Source: Acidimicrobiia bacterium
GTDB taxonomy: Bacteria; Actinomycetota; Acidimicrobiia; Spongiisociales; ZC4RG35
DNA length: 64,000 nt
NCBI GenBank assembly: GCA_965203555.1
Contig: CBDBCY010000004.1
Coordinates: 2,752,001-2,816,000, forward strand
Direction: 5' to 3'
Positions 29,434 to 38,544 of this stretch are shown one piece after another; within the stretch, counting starts at the first letter, position 1; the number at the start of each line of letters is the position of its first letter. The notes under the pieces are model-generated. The model was given only the letters and a program-made list of their open reading frames with translations. It searched no databases and was not told the origin of the DNA. Made by a program: the position numbers and the translations under genes.

Positions 29434-29620
29434 TGAATCACCCCGGGAGTCACCCCGGGTTTTCTGGAGACTTTCTATCTTGAGAGGATGGAGAATTATG
29501 GGAAGACCTAGCAGGTATGCGTCGGAGGTGCGAGAGCGTGCGGTGCCGCTCGCAGTGGGCGGCGATCTGTTCCGTTGCGGAGAAGTTCGGATGTTCGCCG
29601 GAGACGCTGTGTAAGCTGGG
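29434..29620 (+). mobile_element. IS3-family left end with internally deleted orfA
   Basis: TGAATCACCCCGGG..TTTTCTGGAGACT end; MGRPSRYASEVRERAV and SQWAAICSVAEKFGCSPETL. Confidence 0.85.
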
Positions 29621-29799
29621 CAGGGAAGGGATACCTCGAGGCCCAGCCTTGTCCCGGTCGAGGCAAGTCCTATCTTCTCTACGACCCGTCCGTCGTCCAG
29701 AGGGCCGCCGACTTGAGGGACCTCGGCTGGCTCGGGATCCCGGTGAACAAGGCCGTCGATATTTTGGACGGTTACGCGGAGCTCCGTTCCGCGCGTTGA
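29617..29799 (+). pseudogene. MerR-like HTH remnant
   Basis: WAGKGYL..GRG..YDPSVVQRAADLRDLGWLG pattern; 5' end missing. Confidence 0.4.
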
Positions 29800-29935
29800 G
29801 GCCCACCGATCACGCCGACCACCAGGCGACGATCACCGATTAGGTCGCTGCCCTTCGATTTTGGGTTGTAATGTCTGGTGATAGTCCGCTAGCCCCGGTG
29901 GACACATTCGAGTCCTAGGAAAACGTCGAGTGTCC

Positions 29936-30238
29936 TCAGAACAGCCACCCAAAGTTACGCTCGCCGGGTTCGGCTTGGAATACCCAATTCTCGAACCTGT
30001 CCACGAAGACCACCAGTGGACGACTGATGCCGTACCCCACATAAGCGACCACGTTGGGGCGCTCTGAGGGTTCCAGCCGCCATTTCTCCCAAGGAGGTTT
30101 CTTTGGTTCCGGGTTCAGCGTCAGAGCTTCCGCCAAAGGCAAGACCTCTATTGGCTCGTCGAGAACCGCCTCGACGTCGTAGGGGGTAATCCAGTCCCTG
30201 AGCGCCGATTGGGTTATGTAGGGAGCCGCGTCTTGCAA
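29936..30238 (-). CDS. BrnT/RelE-like small toxin candidate
   Basis: ITQSAL..ITPYDVEAVLDEP..YVG..RPLVVFV..VFQAEP pattern; lies directly after a small partner gene. Confidence 0.45.
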   Translation of the reverse strand: MQDAAPYITQSALRDWITPYDVEAVLDEPIEVLPLAEALTLNPEPKKPPWEKWRLEPSERPNVVAYVGYGISRPLVVFVDRFENWVFQAEPGERNFGWLF

Positions 30239-30244
30239 GTCGTA

Positions 30245-30526
30245 TCAAACAACGGGGGACAGGAGCGACTCCACGGCGGACCTCTGCTCGGGGCGCAACA
30301 GGTTGAGAAGGCGGCCCCTGTCTTCAGCGGGGCGGCTGGCGATTTTTCGTGTGGCGTGGGATGGGTCCAGGGCGTTTAGGACATACTCCCAGTCCGCATC
30401 TGTATAGGAGTCGGCTATCCCCCTCGCTATGCGCCTCCCCCGCTCCCTCTGCTCGGACTCGACGAACCAACCGGTTGGGTCTCTGTCCGGTTCTGCAGCG
30501 CCCTGCGCTTTGACGGGGTGCTCCAT
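30245..30526 (-). CDS. hypothetical protein, candidate antitoxin
   Basis: 93-aa helical ORF ending 6 bp before the toxin candidate. Confidence 0.5.
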   Translation of the reverse strand: MEHPVKAQGAAEPDRDPTGWFVESEQRERGRRIARGIADSYTDADWEYVLNALDPSHATRKIASRPAEDRGRLLNLLRPEQRSAVESLLSPVV

Positions 30527-30617
30527 GAAGACCAGCGTAATCGTCTCTCGGGGAGACCACAGCCACGATCATCAATAGTGGGGAAATCGGGCGTGGCATT
30601 TCGACCAGTTTCCATCC

Positions 30618-30708
30618 GATCGTGGTGACCCACCTGTTTTGATCGTGTTGTCCTCTTGACACCCCCGGTTAAGCCCCTGGTCAGGGGTGGTGGCCAACAC
30701 CCCACCAC
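30618..30708 (+). repeat. ~90-bp dispersed element, copy 3
   Basis: GATCGTGGTGACC..GATCGTGTTGTCC, CCCCTGGTCAGGGG, GTGGTGG/CCACCAC hairpin. Confidence 0.8.
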
Positions 30709-30798
30709 CAAGGGGTGATGAAGTGTGCGATCGATAGTGCTTCACTCGCTGCGGATCGCGGGTTGGCCATATTTGACGGTTGTATTGACATATTTGGT

Positions 30799-31044
30799 AT
30801 GGCATCCAAGACGACCATTGCCTTTGACGACGAGATGGAGGCCGCGCTTGAGGAACTGATGGCGCTGGACGGCACGATGCGGTTGGCCATCAAGCGAGCT
30901 CTCCTCGCTGAGGTCAAGCGCCGTCGGCGTAGCCGGGCTCTGCTTGACATGATTGCTGCCTGGGAGGTCCGCGAGGGGCCTATCGATGCTGTGCATCTCG
31001 AGTGGGCTGACACTGTGCTCGACCGTCAGGGCGTTGATCGTTGA
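30799..31044 (+). CDS. vapB: VapB-like RHH antitoxin
   Basis: KTTIAFDDE N-terminal strand-helix and WE..EGP C-terminus; overlaps the PIN gene. Confidence 0.75.
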   Translation: MASKTTIAFDDEMEAALEELMALDGTMRLAIKRALLAEVKRRRRSRALLDMIAAWEVREGPIDAVHLEWADTVLDRQGVDR

Positions 31045-31403
31045 TTATCGACGCAGGGCCGTTCATCTCAGACAGCGAGCACCTGAACTCTCGTCTTTGG
31101 GCACTGGTGAAGCGCGCAGCCGAACGGGGCGAGCAACTCCACACAACGCACCCTGTGTTGGCGCAGGTCTGGCGCGATCCCGCCCGGCAGGCCAACCTGA
31201 GCCGAGCGCTGCGCTGTTTCGACGTGCATGCGCTGGACGAGTCGGTTTCTGTCGGCCGGCGACCGGCAGCCACTGGCACCTCCGATGTCGCAGATGCCCA
31301 CCTCGCCGTGGTGGCCGAGCAACTCGGCACATTCATCGTCACCACCGACCACGGCGACATGTCAAAGTTAAACGCCCGCTTCGAGCGCTACACCGGGACC
31401 TGA
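31041..31403 (+). CDS. vapC: PIN-domain (VapC-like) toxin
   Basis: IIDAG, VLAQVWR, TSDVADAHL, VTTDHGD. Confidence 0.8.
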   Translation: MIIDAGPFISDSEHLNSRLWALVKRAAERGEQLHTTHPVLAQVWRDPARQANLSRALRCFDVHALDESVSVGRRPAATGTSDVADAHLAVVAEQLGTFIVTTDHGDMSKLNARFERYTGT

Positions 31404-31644
31404 CCATCCGGCCCACCTTGTACTCAACCGGCACGGGCCCCATGGGATGGAGTTCGCCAACGCCGCTCTTCCCAATCAGCCCGCATTTGTCCGACCAGAT
31501 CGGCTCTGCCCGTAGTTGACGGACTCCGCGAGGGCTTGTTGCGACACCCGAGTCGACTCGCTGGTGTGGTGAGCACGTAGCGACCCGCGAACAGCTTTTC
31601 ATAGGCGAATGCCTTGACCGTTGAGAGGGTTTATGCTGTGTGTG

Positions 31645-31974
31645 ATGAGCAACCCCGTCTTAAACACCTCCCCTGCGGATCTAAGTGACATGTCTGACGA
31701 AGAACTCGACAGAGGGTTGGGAGATTACTCCGATTACATAACAGAAAACGGGGCCTTCGCTCGAGGGGACACGCTGTTCGCTACCGGCCACTGCATCGAA
31801 GATAGAGACGTGTGGTTCGACATCCTAACGGTCACCCTGGACGACATCATGAGAGAGTGTGCAGTGCCCGAGGAACAGAGAGAACAACGACAATTGCGGT
31901 ACCGTGTCTTCGCGGAGCACTTCCTTCAGCACTACGACGGGCCAGAAAAAACGGTTCCCCTGCTAGAGGATTGA
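31645..31974 (+). CDS. acidic hypothetical protein, candidate antitoxin
   Basis: Clean ORF followed by an RBS and the start of a gene (VAPYMYWPS) truncated by IS1634. Confidence 0.55.
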   Translation: MSNPVLNTSPADLSDMSDEELDRGLGDYSDYITENGAFARGDTLFATGHCIEDRDVWFDILTVTLDDIMRECAVPEEQREQRQLRYRVFAEHFLQHYDGPEKTVPLLED

Positions 31975-32021
31975 AACCGAGAGGGGGACCTGGTGGCTCC
32001 CTACATGTACTGGCCCTCAGA

Positions 32022-33060
32022 CCCGAATTTGGCGGGTGGTTTGGTGTTTTGCCTGGTCAGGGCGCATGCGCGTGGATAGTGTTTCCACTACATTCGGTGG
32101 TTTGGGGCTTTTTTAGGGTTGGGTGATGGTGGCTTTGTCCCAGGTGCGGGTGTCGACTCCGATAGCGGCGAGGGTCCGGGTTTGGAGGGGGGTGCGTCGG
32201 GTGGTGAGGGTGATTTGGTGCTGGTTGGTGGTCAGGTTCACCCGGCGGATGCGGTTGAGCATTCTTAGTGCCCGGGCGGCGGTGAGGTGTTGGTGGTCGA
32301 GGTCGGGATCCTGGACATCGGCTGTGGTGAGAGCGCGGGTGATGAGCGTTTCCATGAGGGCGGCGTAAACACAGACTGCTACGTGCCCGCGGACCCGTTG
32401 TTCGGTCCAGTGTCTTACCGGTCGTAGTCGTAGGAAGTCTTTGAGGACCCGGAACCTGTTCTCGATCTTTTGCAACTGCCGGTAGGCGGTCACGATTTGG
32501 GTGGTGTCGGCTTGGGCGGGTGTGAGACTGGTGGTGAGCACGTAGCGACCCGCCAACAGCTTTTCATAGGCATGGTTGTCTTCGTTGTAGTGGTAGAGAA
32601 AACGACCCGGGCCGATCTCCAGATCGAACAACCGGGCGACCCGCCCGGTGTTGAGGATTCGTTGGGCGGCTCTGCCGATCTTGGCGGGGTCTTTGACCCC
32701 ACCGGCGCGGACGCGGCGTTCCAACGCCAACAACCGGGTTTCGGCTGCTTGGATGATCTGGGCGGTGCGTTGGGTGTCCCGCCCGACGCGGGCGTCGGAC
32801 TCGACCACCACCATGCGGGTACCGTCTGAGAGGGTGATATCCGCCGCTCTGTTGCCGGGTTGGGGCAAATCGACCCATACCGTGTCCCGGTCAACATCGG
32901 CCAACGCTTGGGCGGTGATCCGGTCGCGGCGTAGCCTGGTGGCCAACAGATGATCGTACCCGGCCCGGGCGACCGTTTCCAGGTTCGAAGCTGACATGAG
33001 ACCCCGGTCCGCTACCACACAGATCCGGCCCACCGCGAACCGTTTGGCCAGATCACCCAA
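32022..33060 (-). mobile_element. IS1634 copy C, 5'-truncated
   Basis: Right IR at 32022; transposase C-terminal 315 aa (32113-33060) only. Confidence 0.9.
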
Positions 33061-33150
33061 TCAAGGAGGCGATGTGTGTCTACTTGGCGTTCTGCACGTC
33101 AGGGGATAGGGAGGGCTGCTACAATAGTGACCGTCTTGTCAGCAGACCCG

Positions 33151-33450
33151 ATGCCATCGGTGGCGCTTGCTCACGAATCCGATTTTGAGGACTTTGTGGT
33201 TGCCATGTTTCAAGGAGTTCCCTATAGCAAGGGCCGACCCTGGGGGCTTTCGCGATATGACCTCGAGAATATCAAAGCTATCGTCTCTGACCTCCGGGCC
33301 ATGTTCGGGGTGACCAACCGACAGGCGTTGTATCAACCCGGCTGGCAGCAACTTCCGAACACTGCCTCCATTATGGATCACCTCAAGAACCGAGACTACG
33401 AGGCTGCTTGGGACTTCATTGAGATAGAAAGCGGTTTCCTGCCCGCCTGA
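33151..33450 (+). CDS. putative RES-associated antitoxin
   Basis: Directly upstream of a RES gene; ends NRDYEAAWDFIEIESGFLPA. Confidence 0.55.
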   Translation: MPSVALAHESDFEDFVVAMFQGVPYSKGRPWGLSRYDLENIKAIVSDLRAMFGVTNRQALYQPGWQQLPNTASIMDHLKNRDYEAAWDFIEIESGFLPA

Positions 33451-33468
33451 CCGGTCTCGGGGCATTCC

Positions 33469-33765
33469 GTGGATATTGGTTCAGCCATACTCTACGCGGG
33501 TTCTGAGTGGCGGTTCTGCAGCATACACAGGGACGTGCTGAACGCTACCGGTTCGACGATAGAAGGAGGGAGATTCAACCCACCCGAGATCCCCGCTTTG
33601 TATTTCTGCGATATCAGGGAGTGCAGCGAAGCCGAATACACAAAGCAACTCTCGGCAGCCCAGCAGTGGGCCGTTCTTAACCCACCGGTGTTCACCGGTG
33701 GCGGCCAGTGCGGTGCTCGCCGTAGCAGGCCCGGGTGGTCAGTACCCCGAGACTCGACGCGGTGA
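33469..33765 (+). pseudogene. RES-domain toxin, N-terminal half only
   Basis: WRFC..GS..EGGRFNPP..ALYF..AEY; the C-terminal S/R motif is absent. Confidence 0.75.
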
Positions 33766-33852
33766 TCGACGCGGGTGCCAAGTCGCTGAGCGGCAACGGA
33801 CCGGAAAGGACCGTCCCTCTGTTAGAGGACTGAGAGCGGAAGGGGGACATTA

Positions 33853-34344
33853 GTGCCTCCCTACATGTACTGGCCATCAAAATACGCGGAGTTCGATTTC
33901 GATGAGGAGTCTGCTTTCAAGAACCGCGTGTCGGGAAGCGACATCTTCTATGTTCTTTCCCTACCACCGAGAATGGCGCGCAGGTCCAGGGGCGAACCGT
34001 CGGCATACGATGTGACATACAGTGGCGGGAGGATGATCGCCCGCCCGACCATAGCTGTGGGAGAATTTCCTGCGGGCTATCTTCTCGAGGTCGGGGTTTT
34101 CGTAGAGACTTTCGCCAACCGGGAGAGGTGTGCTACGTGTTCCACGCTCTCTGTCGCTAGGAGACTGCCTGGTCAAAGGGGAGTTGAGCGCCGGCCGGGT
34201 GGTGGGGTTAGGTTGACTGTTTGCCCGGTACTGCGGTCACCGGTGGGGTTTCCCCCTGATATCCACGAGACGGAAGAGGAGGGTTCTGTTCATGACATCG
34301 GGACTTTGCCGCTTTACCACCAGCGGGTGGTGACCAAACCCTAA
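33853..34344 (+). CDS. BrnT-like toxin candidate (3' part probably scrambled)
   Basis: FDFDEESAFKNRVSGSDIFYVL and IAVGE..AGYLLEVGV. Confidence 0.45.
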   Translation: MPPYMYWPSKYAEFDFDEESAFKNRVSGSDIFYVLSLPPRMARRSRGEPSAYDVTYSGGRMIARPTIAVGEFPAGYLLEVGVFVETFANRERCATCSTLSVARRLPGQRGVERRPGGGVRLTVCPVLRSPVGFPPDIHETEEEGSVHDIGTLPLYHQRVVTKP

Positions 34345-34429
34345 GGTCGGAATCCTTCCTTGAAAACGTAACTGCTGGGCTGTCAGCGGCTTTCTGTGTG
34401 TAGCAGTTTCTTGCCCGAACCGACGCAGG

Positions 34430-34560
34430 TTCCGGTCACCACGATCAATGTGAGAACCGTCCACCAGCATCGACGCCACCAACGACAGCTCCCTCCGACC
34501 CGGAAGGGAACCACCTGCCCGACCGTCCATCGTCACGGTGTCGTCTGCACGTCGGGTAGA
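34430..34560 (-). pseudogene. IS1380-like transposase fragment
   Basis: DTVTMDGRAGGSLPGRRELSLVASMLVDGSHID resembles IS1380 transposase N-terminal regions. Confidence 0.5.
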
Positions 34561-34782
34561 TGCTCTTGGACCTGGCCGGGCGGTTTGGGTTCTTACCCGA
34601 GAGTTTGTTGGAAGTTATGGGCGGATCGCCAGTGCCAGTGCTCCGAGGGTCTGACCGGCGAGACTGAACGCCCGGCGCCAACGGTCCTTCGGGCCGCTTT
34701 TCCCTGATCACCGAGATGGACTCGATCAGGTTGCGACTATCTGGTTGAGGAGGGGTGATAACTAGTGGTAGCATCAAGGGAT

Positions 34783-35193
34783 ATGAACTCTCCCAATGGG
34801 AGAAGCCCCCGCCTTCTCAGGGCTGCAGAGGTGCCGCCTCTGATGGATCCGGAGTACGACGGGAGAGGCGGTTGGGTAGCACTTGCTCAGTTTGCCCAGC
34901 ATTGGAATCACAACCCCGAGCACCGGGAGTGGATGAAGTCCACCCCCTTGCCGGATACCGCCGATCCGAGAAGGGGCGCCTTGGTGGCTGCCCTTGTTCA
35001 CGCCCTTTGCATCAGGGATGGCTCTTCCGTACCCGATTGGGTGTTGGGTTGGTGTCATCCCACTGCGGTGTGGGCGTCGGCATTTGGCGTTGACGCGGAT
35101 TCGCCCCTCGGGCGCAGCGTGCGTGCCCAATGTCCGGCTGTGTGCGACTATCACCGGGCCTATTTCGAGGTCAGCTTCAGAGACCGTCAATGA
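34783..35193 (+). CDS. partner/antitoxin of DUF6036 nucleotidyltransferase
   Basis: WVALAQF..ALVAALVHALC..G..VPDW; ATGA overlap with the NTase gene. Confidence 0.6.
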   Translation: MNSPNGRSPRLLRAAEVPPLMDPEYDGRGGWVALAQFAQHWNHNPEHREWMKSTPLPDTADPRRGALVAALVHALCIRDGSSVPDWVLGWCHPTAVWASAFGVDADSPLGRSVRAQCPAVCDYHRAYFEVSFRDRQ

Positions 35194-35690
35194 CTGACTT
35201 GGATCGAGACTTCCTACAGGAAATCTTTGCCGAGATCGACTGCGAGGTCGCCGAATCGGTCGGTGAGCATATATTGATAGTCGGGGGTGCCGCCCTGATC
35301 TTTGCTGGATTGCCCAGGGGAACAACAGATGTTGATACCGTGTCCCGGCTGTCTCCGGAGCCCCTGCGGCAGGCGATACGCGCGGTTGGGGAACGCCACG
35401 ATCTGCCCTATGACTGGGTTCAATGACAGGACACGCCACTTCTTGGGTTCTGATGATCTCTCGGTGTGCGAACATCGGGTGGTGTTCGAGGGGCAGAACA
35501 TCAAGATACTCCGCCCACATCTGCCGTGCCTTCTCGCTATGAAACTCCGCAGTGGTCGAATGCAGGACAGGGGGCATTGCTCCAATTGATCTCATGGGCT
35601 TTCCCCGATGAACCCATCACCGCGTACACGGAGTGGTTCGTTGGCGATCTTGCCAAGAGGATAAAGAGTGATGACGAACCGGTCCGATGA
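35190..35690 (+). pseudogene. DUF6036 / AbiEii-like nucleotidyltransferase, frameshifted
   Basis: IVGGAAL..RGTTDVD, then DW/FND and LLAMKLRSGR.QD in different frames. Confidence 0.8.
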
Positions 35691-35901
35691 TGTCCAATGG
35701 AGAGAGGCTTGCCTGAGGGTGGACAGGGCTGCTTCCCTACTAGAGGCTACCCGAAAGAGCGTGGATCCAAATGTATGGGAGGCCCGAGATCGATGGGCAG
35801 AGGTTGCTCGCGGATGGTTGAGGGGAACTGAAAGCATTGATGATGTAATGGAGGCATCCCGCGGATTTGAAATGGCGACCGAAACGGCCACATCAACTTG
35901 A
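35671..35901 (+). CDS. small helical protein, weakly VbhA-like
   Basis: AASLLE and ARGWLRGTESIDDV; weak resemblance only. Confidence 0.35.
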   Translation: MTNRSDDVQWREACLRVDRAASLLEATRKSVDPNVWEARDRWAEVARGWLRGTESIDDVMEASRGFEMATETATST

Positions 35902-35966
35902 CACCGATTCCTAACCGAGGGGGCAGAGTTTCCTCCCGTATTCCCTTGATGAATCACTATTCCTCA

Positions 35967-36047
35967 TCTATTCCTGTCTATTAACCGGCCCTCTGACCTG
36001 GGGTTTCTCTCTGTTGCCTTACTATTCGTGGTTTAAACGAGGGGGTC
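35967..36047 (+). repeat. 81-bp direct repeat, copy 1
   Basis: First 46 bp identical to 37491-37536; remainder similar. Confidence 0.92.
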
Positions 36048-37449
36048 ACCGCGGAGCGGTCCCCAGCGACCAGAAGGCGCCTCGACCGTGGCCTTCGACA
36101 CGAACCAGGCCGTGTTCTCGTAGTTTGTTCAGCATGGCCCTCACGTCGGGTCCCCCCACGCCGAGCAGCTCGGCCAGTTCGCCGCGTTTTGCGGATCCTT
36201 TAGCGAGCCTCGTCAAGATCCTCGCCTCGTCGGCGGTCAGGTTCAAGGTACCACTGCCATCGGCGGCCAGCCAGTAGCCGGAACGGGGAATGCTGCATAT
36301 CACCTCCGCGCCGGTGGTGGCGAAAACGGGTCGACCGATCCCGGCCTCCGCGCACAGACGGACCATTCTCAGGGTGCCCGATCCGAGTTGTTCCACGAGT
36401 CCCCGTCTGAACAGACACGCCATGATGTTCGGGTTCCACGGCCGGGACCCATGGGGCACGTACAGATCGGCCGGAGTGAGTCCGAACGGAAGCCCTCCCG
36501 GGGACACTACTTCCACACGGTCGGAGTAGACGCGGACCTGGATCCGTCCGGCCGTGGCGTAGTCTCGGTGGGCAAGTGCATTGGCGAGTGCTTCGCGTAT
36601 CACCTCCTCGGGTATCTCCAGTCCCACATTGGCCTGCCATCCGCTGATGTGAACCGGACGATGCAGATGGTTTCGGCAGAACTGCATAGCTCGTCTCAAT
36701 GATCCGAAGATGTTGTCTTCCACGATCTGCAGGTCCCGGATTTCTTCACCCAGGTGGGTGCCATCCACCGCGGCGAGATGACACCCGAGGGCGGTGTATT
36801 CGCTGCGAAAGAAGTCGGGAGTGCCGAATAGCGCTATTGCGCCCCGGGTCGGGCGATCCCTGTTGTCCAGTAAGTTCATGGCTTGAAGAATCTCGGATAC
36901 CGAAGCCTTCGGGTCGAATCCGCCTCGACCCTGCGCGATCACCTCGTCGCGAAAGGACAGCACCTCTTGGGCGTCTATTGCGTCCGCCTGTCTTCTGGAT
37001 TCGCCTGTCTCCCAGCGATCGAAGGTGTGAGCCCGTTCCAATACCAACTGCAGTTGCTGCTCCGGTGGCATCTCCACGGTGGAGGTGCCTGAACGGACGT
37101 AGTAGGCGCCTTTGTACGTATAGGGCTTCATGTTCCCGGAGGGCACGGCGGCCACCAGCACCTCGCGACCGCGACCGTCAGGTACCGGGACTCGCTCTAT
37201 GGAAGGAGGGTATGCCGGGTAGATAGCCTCTCGACATGTCGCGGTGATCTTTTCGAGTGTTCTGTCCGCCACATCCTGTCCCACCACTCTCCCGTCGCTA
37301 CAGATTCCGAACAGAACGGATCCGCCCCGTCCGTTCAACATGGCCGACAGCGTTCGGGCCGCCTCTCGTCTTCTGCCCGTGGACAACTTGAATTCGACCC
37401 GCTCCGACTCACCGCCTGCGGCGAGCCTTTCGATGTCGGAGAAATCCAT
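36046..37449 (-). CDS. AlbA_2 (Schlafen-like) + HATPase_c_4 (RecG-C-like) + wHTH protein
   Basis: ESERVEFK..AMLNGRGGSVLFG; REALANALAHRDY, SPGGLP, EQLGSG; C-terminal wHTH GHGRGAFW. Confidence 0.88.
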   Translation of the reverse strand: MDFSDIERLAAGGESERVEFKLSTGRRREAARTLSAMLNGRGGSVLFGICSDGRVVGQDVADRTLEKITATCREAIYPAYPPSIERVPVPDGRGREVLVAAVPSGNMKPYTYKGAYYVRSGTSTVEMPPEQQLQLVLERAHTFDRWETGESRRQADAIDAQEVLSFRDEVIAQGRGGFDPKASVSEILQAMNLLDNRDRPTRGAIALFGTPDFFRSEYTALGCHLAAVDGTHLGEEIRDLQIVEDNIFGSLRRAMQFCRNHLHRPVHISGWQANVGLEIPEEVIREALANALAHRDYATAGRIQVRVYSDRVEVVSPGGLPFGLTPADLYVPHGSRPWNPNIMACLFRRGLVEQLGSGTLRMVRLCAEAGIGRPVFATTGAEVICSIPRSGYWLAADGSGTLNLTADEARILTRLAKGSAKRGELAELLGVGGPDVRAMLNKLREHGLVRVEGHGRGAFWSLGTAPR

Positions 37450-37490
37450 ATCGGCTCCTGTGGGACTTCGGGGCCTCTCGCCTTTTCCAT

Positions 37491-37571
37491 TCTATTCCTG
37501 TCTATTAACCGGCCCTCTGACCTGGGGTTTCTCTCTATTCCCTAACTATTCGGGTCTTAAAACGGGGGGTC
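37491..37571 (+). repeat. 81-bp direct repeat, copy 2
   Basis: TCTATTCCTGTCTATTAACCGGCCCTCTGACCTGGGGTTTCTCTCT shared exactly with copy 1. Confidence 0.92.
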
Positions 37572-37618
37572 TTTTACTAGTAATGTAAGGGATTGAGAGG
37601 CTAGGAGGTGAAAGCACC

Positions 37619-38269
37619 ACGTACAGCGAAGTTAGTGGGCGAACAGACGTTGGCGAAGGCGTTGTCGCGGGCATCTACTCCTTTCCACAAGCGGCAGAGA
37701 TCATAGAACGGCGGCATGACGCAACACGCCGCCAGTTACGCCGCTGGCTGGCCGTGGTCACCCCGCCAACAACCGGTAACCCTGAATCCAATGTGATCAG
37801 CTTTCTCGATCTTGTGAGTCTTGAAACGGTATGCCGCTTTAGAGACCAAGGCACCTCACTGCAGAAAGTGAGGAAGGTCTTCGAGGCACTCCGCAGTGCA
37901 GAACCTGGCATAGCGCACCCTCTTGCCCGCCGATCCTTTTTCACTCACGGTGTCAGCGTCTGGGCAAGGGTGAACGGCCACACCCAACAGATCGTCGGCC
38001 GATACCGGGAGAACCTGACCTTCACCAGGGCCATCAAGACCTTGGCGCATGAGATCCGTTTCGTGAATGATGTTGCGGCCGCATGGGACATTTCTCCGTG
38101 GGTTGCGATCGATCCTGCGGTTCGCTTCGGAGCACCGGTGGCGCGCGGCACACGTATCCCGGTATCAACCGTCATGGCAAATCTTGCCGAAGCCACGGAA
38201 GAGGAAGTGGCTGACTGGTACCAGCTAAGCGTCTGCCAGGTCAGAGGCGTTGCAGAGTTCGCGGCGTAA
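37619..38269 (+). CDS. VapB45-like HTH + DUF433 antitoxin (canonical start codon unclear)
   Basis: GIYSFPQAAE..LRRW in frame upstream of the ORF-track start; SFLDLV; IDPAVRFGAPVARGTRIP. ACG sits where an ATG is expected after AGGAGG. Confidence 0.75.
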   Translation, partial: TYSEVSGRTDVGEGVVAGIYSFPQAAEIIERRHDATRRQLRRWLAVVTPPTTGNPESNVISFLDLVSLETVCRFRDQGTSLQKVRKVFEALRSAEPGIAHPLARRSFFTHGVSVWARVNGHTQQIVGRYRENLTFTRAIKTLAHEIRFVNDVAAAWDISPWVAIDPAVRFGAPVARGTRIPVSTVMANLAEATEEEVADWYQLSVCQVRGVAEFAA

Positions 38270-38544
38270 CCTCCTTGACGTCCGTTTCCGCCTCGATGCC
38301 AACATTTCTTACCGCGTTGTAAAGAACATAAACCCTGACAGAGAACATCTAACCCATGTCTCCTTCTGTCCTCCGCTCGCATTGGACACCCCGGTCGGTC
38401 CGAAGCAGTAGATGTAGAGGTAGCCAAATGGTGCGCCGCCAACCGTTATGTGATCGTCACCTGTGATTCGGACTTCCGCGGCCGTTCTGCTGGTACCCGA
38501 GCGCTTACTTGCCTTGGAGTCGAAGCGATTGTGTTTACGTATGA

